From Octopus sinensis (Eukaryota): a DNA stretch of 41,105 nt. Below the pieces are notes generated by a model, which worked only from the letters and a program-made list of their open reading frames with translations, was not told the DNA's origin and ran no database searches. Positions 35,950-41,105 of the stretch are shown here, one piece after another (the stretch's first letter is position 1; each line of letters starts with the position of its first letter). The stretch spans positions 1 through 41,105 of the forward strand of contig NW_021835786.1 of the NCBI RefSeq assembly GCF_006345805.1, in the 5' to 3' direction. The position numbers were made by a program, and so were the translations under genes.

Positions 35950-36562
35950 GATGGGCCTCAAATCAGAAACTGATGGAGAATAGGAACTTTGTAAATTCAA
36001 TGAATTGCGTTATGCTAGAGAACTTTCAAAAGTTAGGAGCAAATATGGACATAGAGCTGTGCTATTTCGGCAATCACTTTGGTAAATTCCTTGAAAATGT
36101 TGGTGACGGGCACGGAAAACGTTTCTATCAGGATAAAAAAATCAATGGAACAAAGGTATCAAGGCAGATGAGATTTGTACATGATGGTAGGCTATTGCTG
36201 GAACTTGGTTCGTGACCTTCCTTGAGGTTCAGCACTCAAGAGAACCATCCATGAGAAATTAAACATAAACAATTTTGTAATTTGTTTGAAGAAATTTTAA
36301 GATTTTTACTAGTTTTTCAGTAGAATTTTTTTTTAAATATATTTTGACTTTGAAGAAAAACTAATTTCTATGTACATGTTATGTTTTGTTCTTCATAACC
36401 TGTTTTATTTAATAAAAAAAAATTTTAATGAAATTTTATGGATCTTAAAATCTTGACGTGATGATAATATATAGATGTCATTTCGGATTCCGTGTGTCAA
36501 AAAATTCCTAGTTCGGGTCCAAATTTTGACAACAGAGAAACATAATTTTTTGTTGGCCAGTG
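35950..36562 (+). mobile_element. Chapaev3-like DNA transposon 3' part, pseudogenised
   Basis: FQKLGANMDIELCYFGNHFGKFLENVGDGHGKRFYQD plus frameshifted MEQRYQGR*DLYMMVGYCWNLVRD, resembling the LG.NMS.K.H..H.H..EHGERFHQD..ME.RYQG.W..MMADYCW pattern. Ends ttttttgttggccagtg|taa. Superfamily assignment is from recall. Confidence 0.7.
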
Positions 36563-37416
36563 TAAGCAATTGTTTGGAGAGATTTTATAAAGGTTTATTT
36601 CTTTCATCGAACACAAGCTGGAAATTCTGACATTGACACATGGTGTCAGTATTGGTATTATTGTGGTTGACGCTGTTGTTATTGGCATTGTTCTTGATGA
36701 TGGTGTTAGGAGTGTCTTTCTTGATACTGCTGTTGTTGACGGTGTTGGTGATGGTGGTGGGGTTGGAGTGTTATTGATACTGGTGTTGCTGTTGTTGTTG
36801 CTGCTGCTGGTGTTAGTGACTATGGTGGGGTTGGTGGTGTTGTTATTAGTGGTGTTGTAGTAGGCATTTTTGCTACAGTTACGGCTCTTGTTTCTTGTAC
36901 TGCATTTATTGTTTCTTTTTTTAAATGTTGCTTATATTCGCCATCTTGCTGATATTATGTTGTTGATGTTAGTGTTGTTGTTGTTATTTCTGGCAGCAGC
37001 AGCGGCAGGGTTGTGGTAGTGGTGGTGGTGGTGGTGGTGGTGGTGGTGGTGGTGGCGGTGGTGGTGGTGGTGGTGGTGGTGGTGGTGGTGGTGGCGGTAG
37101 TAGCAATAGTCTTTGTGTTACTGTTGTATCGTATTCTTTTTTTTTCTTTTTTATCCCGTTCCTTGTTGCAACTGCATTTACTTAGGTAATTGCTGTTGTT
37201 GTTACACTTCTTGCTGTTCTTGCTCTTGCTCTTTCTGGACAGAATCTTATAATACACATGTTAACATATGTAAGAAATAAGACATTTTGTGTATCATCAT
37301 CGTCTTCATCATCGTCTTCATCATCATCATCATTATGATGTCAAACACTGGCGTCGATGTTATCGACTATCCTCCTTGCCAAAAACATTTCAGGCCTTGT
37401 GCCTATAGCAGACAGG

Positions 37417-37477
<61 letters not shown>

Positions 37478-37588
37478 TACATTTTTGCTTTGTTATTTCC
37501 ATTGTTACAAATACATACACATCTGCATACACACGAACCACACGAACACATATCTATTGTCTTTGTTTTATATATATAAAATATATAT

Positions 37589-37620
<32 letters not shown>

Positions 37621-37633
37621 ATTATATATATAT

Positions 37634-37665
<32 letters not shown>

Positions 37666-37961
37666 ATATATATATATTACTTGTGTGTGTGTGTTGTGTG
37701 TGTATTTCGGTATTGTTATTGCTATTGTTACTGTTGTTGCTTTGGGTGGTCCCTTCCCTTGTCTATGCAGCAGTAGGACTATCTTTCGGGTTGGAATGTA
37801 TTTATTGATATAAGCGGCCGAGCAGCAAAGACCCTGTTGGAACAGGTAGCCAACAGATGTTCATCCCTGCCTGACATACAAAAACTTTTACAGTCACTCA
37901 ACAGCAGAGACAACAACAAAATCAACACGAAGAAGCAATCCTAAGAAGACCCACACAAAAA

Positions 37962-38023
<62 letters not shown>

Positions 38024-38024
38024 G

Positions 38025-38165
38025 ATGGCAGTGCAGCGAGCTGGCAAAATGGTTACCTCGCCGGACAAGATGCTTGGCGGCATTTCTTTCGAATTCATGC
38101 TCAAGTTCCGCCGAAGTCCATTTTGCCCTTCATTTTTTCGGGGTCGATTAAAATAAGTACCAGTC
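38025..38165 (+). mobile_element. SINE A degenerate copy
   Basis: gagctggcaaaatggtta..ttcggggtcgattaaaataagtaccagt. Confidence 0.75.
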
Positions 38166-38508
38166 AAATACTTATGTGGACCCCCCCCCCCGGGGGTAAC
38201 ATAGACCCTAGTTGAAAAGCACTGGATTAAATGGAAGAAAATGTACCAAATCTTCTCAAATAAGTCGTTTGGAGGACAACTATTGTAACAGCAACAGTAA
38301 CAGCAAGTTTTATAGAATTCACAAACATTATATTTATTTAGTATTTGTGTAAAGAGAAGAATACAGAGAATTATAAGGAGAAATTATAAATGAAAAAAAT
38401 GTTTAGCTCTACTTGCGCGCGAACTGAGACGTGACCGGATAGAGGATTATAACAAAGTACATAACAATGCTATATTTATGGGATTTTTTGAAAAGTAATG
38501 TTTGTTGC

Positions 38509-38630
38509 CACTTTAACATGGCTGTTCCGTACGGAATGACGTTACTACTTTTTTTTAACCCCAGGAGAACATCTTCTTCTGCTGGTTAACGATACAACCT
38601 GTGTCCGTACGGAACAGCCATGTTGAAGTG
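38509..38630. mobile_element. 122-bp MITE with 27-bp TIRs, piggyBac-like
   Basis: cactttaacatggctgttccgtacgga / tccgtacggaacagccatgttgaagtg (1 mismatch). TTAA on the right flank, TTGC on the left. Confidence 0.75.
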
Positions 38631-39567
38631 TTAACACTCCTTTTCGGTATAAGAACTACTTGCATCTTTTATAGAGATTTTAGAACAAGCTTTTTTGCAC
38701 ACGTGATTATTCTTTTCCTTATAACCACAGAATTTTGATGCTTCTGCATAAGAAGTGATTACTTCGTTAAAGGAAGTTCTCTCAAGTGAAATACTATATA
38801 AACGTGTGCCAATAAATTTAATTACATTTGTTTTATATATAAAAGAAACGGGATTAGAATCTTTAGAATTTTATTTGTACAGTGTAATTTTCCTTTATTT
38901 CTAAATAGATTACTATCGGTTCCTAAATTTAAAGAAATACTTAAGAAGTAATAATTTTGAAGTTAGTATCAACAGTAATTTCAGATTTTGTAATTAGCTC
39001 AATGAGATTTTTAGGAAGGCTCTAATTGTTAATGCATAATAAATAAATCCGTCATCAGAGTATTATCAACACTAAGCTGTTGAATTTATGTAATAAACAT
39101 AAAATCTACAATATAAAATCTAGAAACTTATAACAATAGATGTGTCAGCAAAGTCTAAACTAATAACCTCATGGAAGGCTTTCGGTCGTTTTTCTATACT
39201 CATAGAGCATTATCGAAAAAAAACAAGCCTAATGATTTTCTACCACAAATAATTGATTTGGAATCAGATTAGTACATAATTTTCAGTGAAAAAGTAAAGC
39301 ATTTTGGAGCAAAGATTTAATTATCCAATTGGAAAAAGAGACAAGAAAAGAACAGCGAGAGCCAGGAAAAAAATATGGGTAACTCACATGTTCGGCCTCT
39401 GACTAACTATGTGAGAGATAATTGTGTTTTCTAATGACAAAAGAGTGCCTGTTGGTGTGCCTGCAGGAATATGTGTGGATATGGGTGTATGTGTTTATGA
39501 ACATTTTTTTGTAATTCAATATGTTTGCATGCAAGTGCATCTCCATCAAATTATACGCTAGTGTGCA

Positions 39568-39617
<50 letters not shown>

Positions 39618-40106
39618 TGTGTGAGCATGTGTGGGTGTGTGTACCACAGACATATACAGGAGAAGGGAAATAGAATGAGAGTTACGTGAAAACTTAACCA
39701 TGGGCCCTATCGAATATTCTACTTTATAAACCGGGTTTCAAATGCGCATGCCTATTTTGACTCTCACGTTTTCCTATCTCTCTCGTTGTCTCTTTCGTTC
39801 TCTCTAATCATCTTCCGCACACTCTGTCTTATATATCCTCAATCTGTTCTCATTCATCATTCTCTCCCCGCACCGATTCCGGTACCCAGGGAAATACGAT
39901 TCTTACAGAGCGTCCCTAAGAACGTTACCCCTTCTAACAACGCCCACTTCATCACCTCCACACCCCCTTCCTCAGCCGGTCAAATAATATTTACATTTCA
40001 AATATTGTATGACGCGTCATCACAAATTATTGTTGTCTCACCGACTGCACTTATCAATATATCTGCAGTAAAATGTTGTGCATATGTGTGTATGTATATG
40101 TGTATG

Positions 40107-40138
<32 letters not shown>

Positions 40139-40306
40139 TGTATGTATGTATGTATTTATGTATGTATGTATGTATGCATGCATGTTTGCACGTATGTATG
40201 TATGTATGTATGTATGTATGTATATGTATTATGCATGTATTATATAAATATATATCATACATACACATTTATATAATACATTGACATAGACACACACACC
40301 ACACAC

Positions 40307-40360
<54 letters not shown>

Positions 40361-41105
40361 GTTCATACCTCATATGAATATACACGTGCATATATACATA
40401 GGCATACACATAAACATACGTATGTCTATATGCATATGTATATAGATATATTTATATATACATGTGTACATACATTTATTTGTGCATATCTTCATATATA
40501 TATACATACATACATACATATATATAAACTCATATATGTATGTATGTATGTATGTATGTACGAACGTAATTATGTATGTACATGTGCTTGTGCGAGTGTG
40601 TGTGTGTGTGTGTGTGTGTGTTGTTTGGTTAATATAGTTCCTCTCTTAAAGACTGGGGACATCACGATGTATCCAACATGGTTGACAATTCAATATCACA
40701 CAGTTATTTTTTATTACCCATCACACATCTCCGCTTCCGACCCGATTTGTTTTTCTTTACTTGTTTATATATATATATATATATATTTGTTGATTTATTC
40801 ATTTAGTGTTTATATTCCTTAATTTTATGCTTTTAGAAATCTAACCTCCACCGTCCGGTGGAGTTCTACTCGGCTTATATACATACATACATATATGTAT
40901 ATATATACATACATATATATGCAACTTGTTTTTAATAAAGAAACTTCTATAGAGAATACACAAGCGTATGACACACATAGTAACGCAACATACAGTCACG
41001 AATACAAGCACACATATGGCTTAACAAACCAGGCACAGACATTCATACATATACATGGTATGTGTGTGTGTGTACAAATATGCATACATACATTCATGCA
41101 CACTT

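Noticed and set aside
1-41105. CRISPR array, Fanzor/TnpB or other prokaryote-like system
   Set aside because: No repeat-spacer array and no long complex ORF in a eukaryotic repeat landscape.

Overview
AT-rich, microsatellite-saturated eukaryotic non-coding DNA. The repeat families are characteristic of an Octopus (coleoid cephalopod) genome; this is inferred from recognised repeats, not from a search. No intact protein-coding gene is visible, and nearly all listed ORFs are microsatellite translations. The window holds about 20 copies or fragments of one tRNA-derived SINE, a CORE-type SINE, a third SINE, two fragments of a Tx1/L1-like LINE, a Dong/R4 3' end, mariner and Chapaev3-like transposase remnants, hAT- and piggyBac-like MITEs, and a Helitron-like 3' end. 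There are two weak candidate exons. The most notable signal is a set of hammerhead ribozyme (HHR) motifs. One is fully canonical (31643-31731, minus strand) with an unusually long stem II and a palindromic minimal stem III. One is a core-variant minimal HHR family (12553-12590, decayed copy at 31467-31503), and several more cores are decayed or permuted. Two of these lie inside ~110-bp foldbacks. Together they suggest several Penelope-like/retrozyme-like short elements living in (TA)n tracts. SINE family A also appears to prefer an ATRCC target found within itself. Repeat boundaries are approximate and were read by eye.
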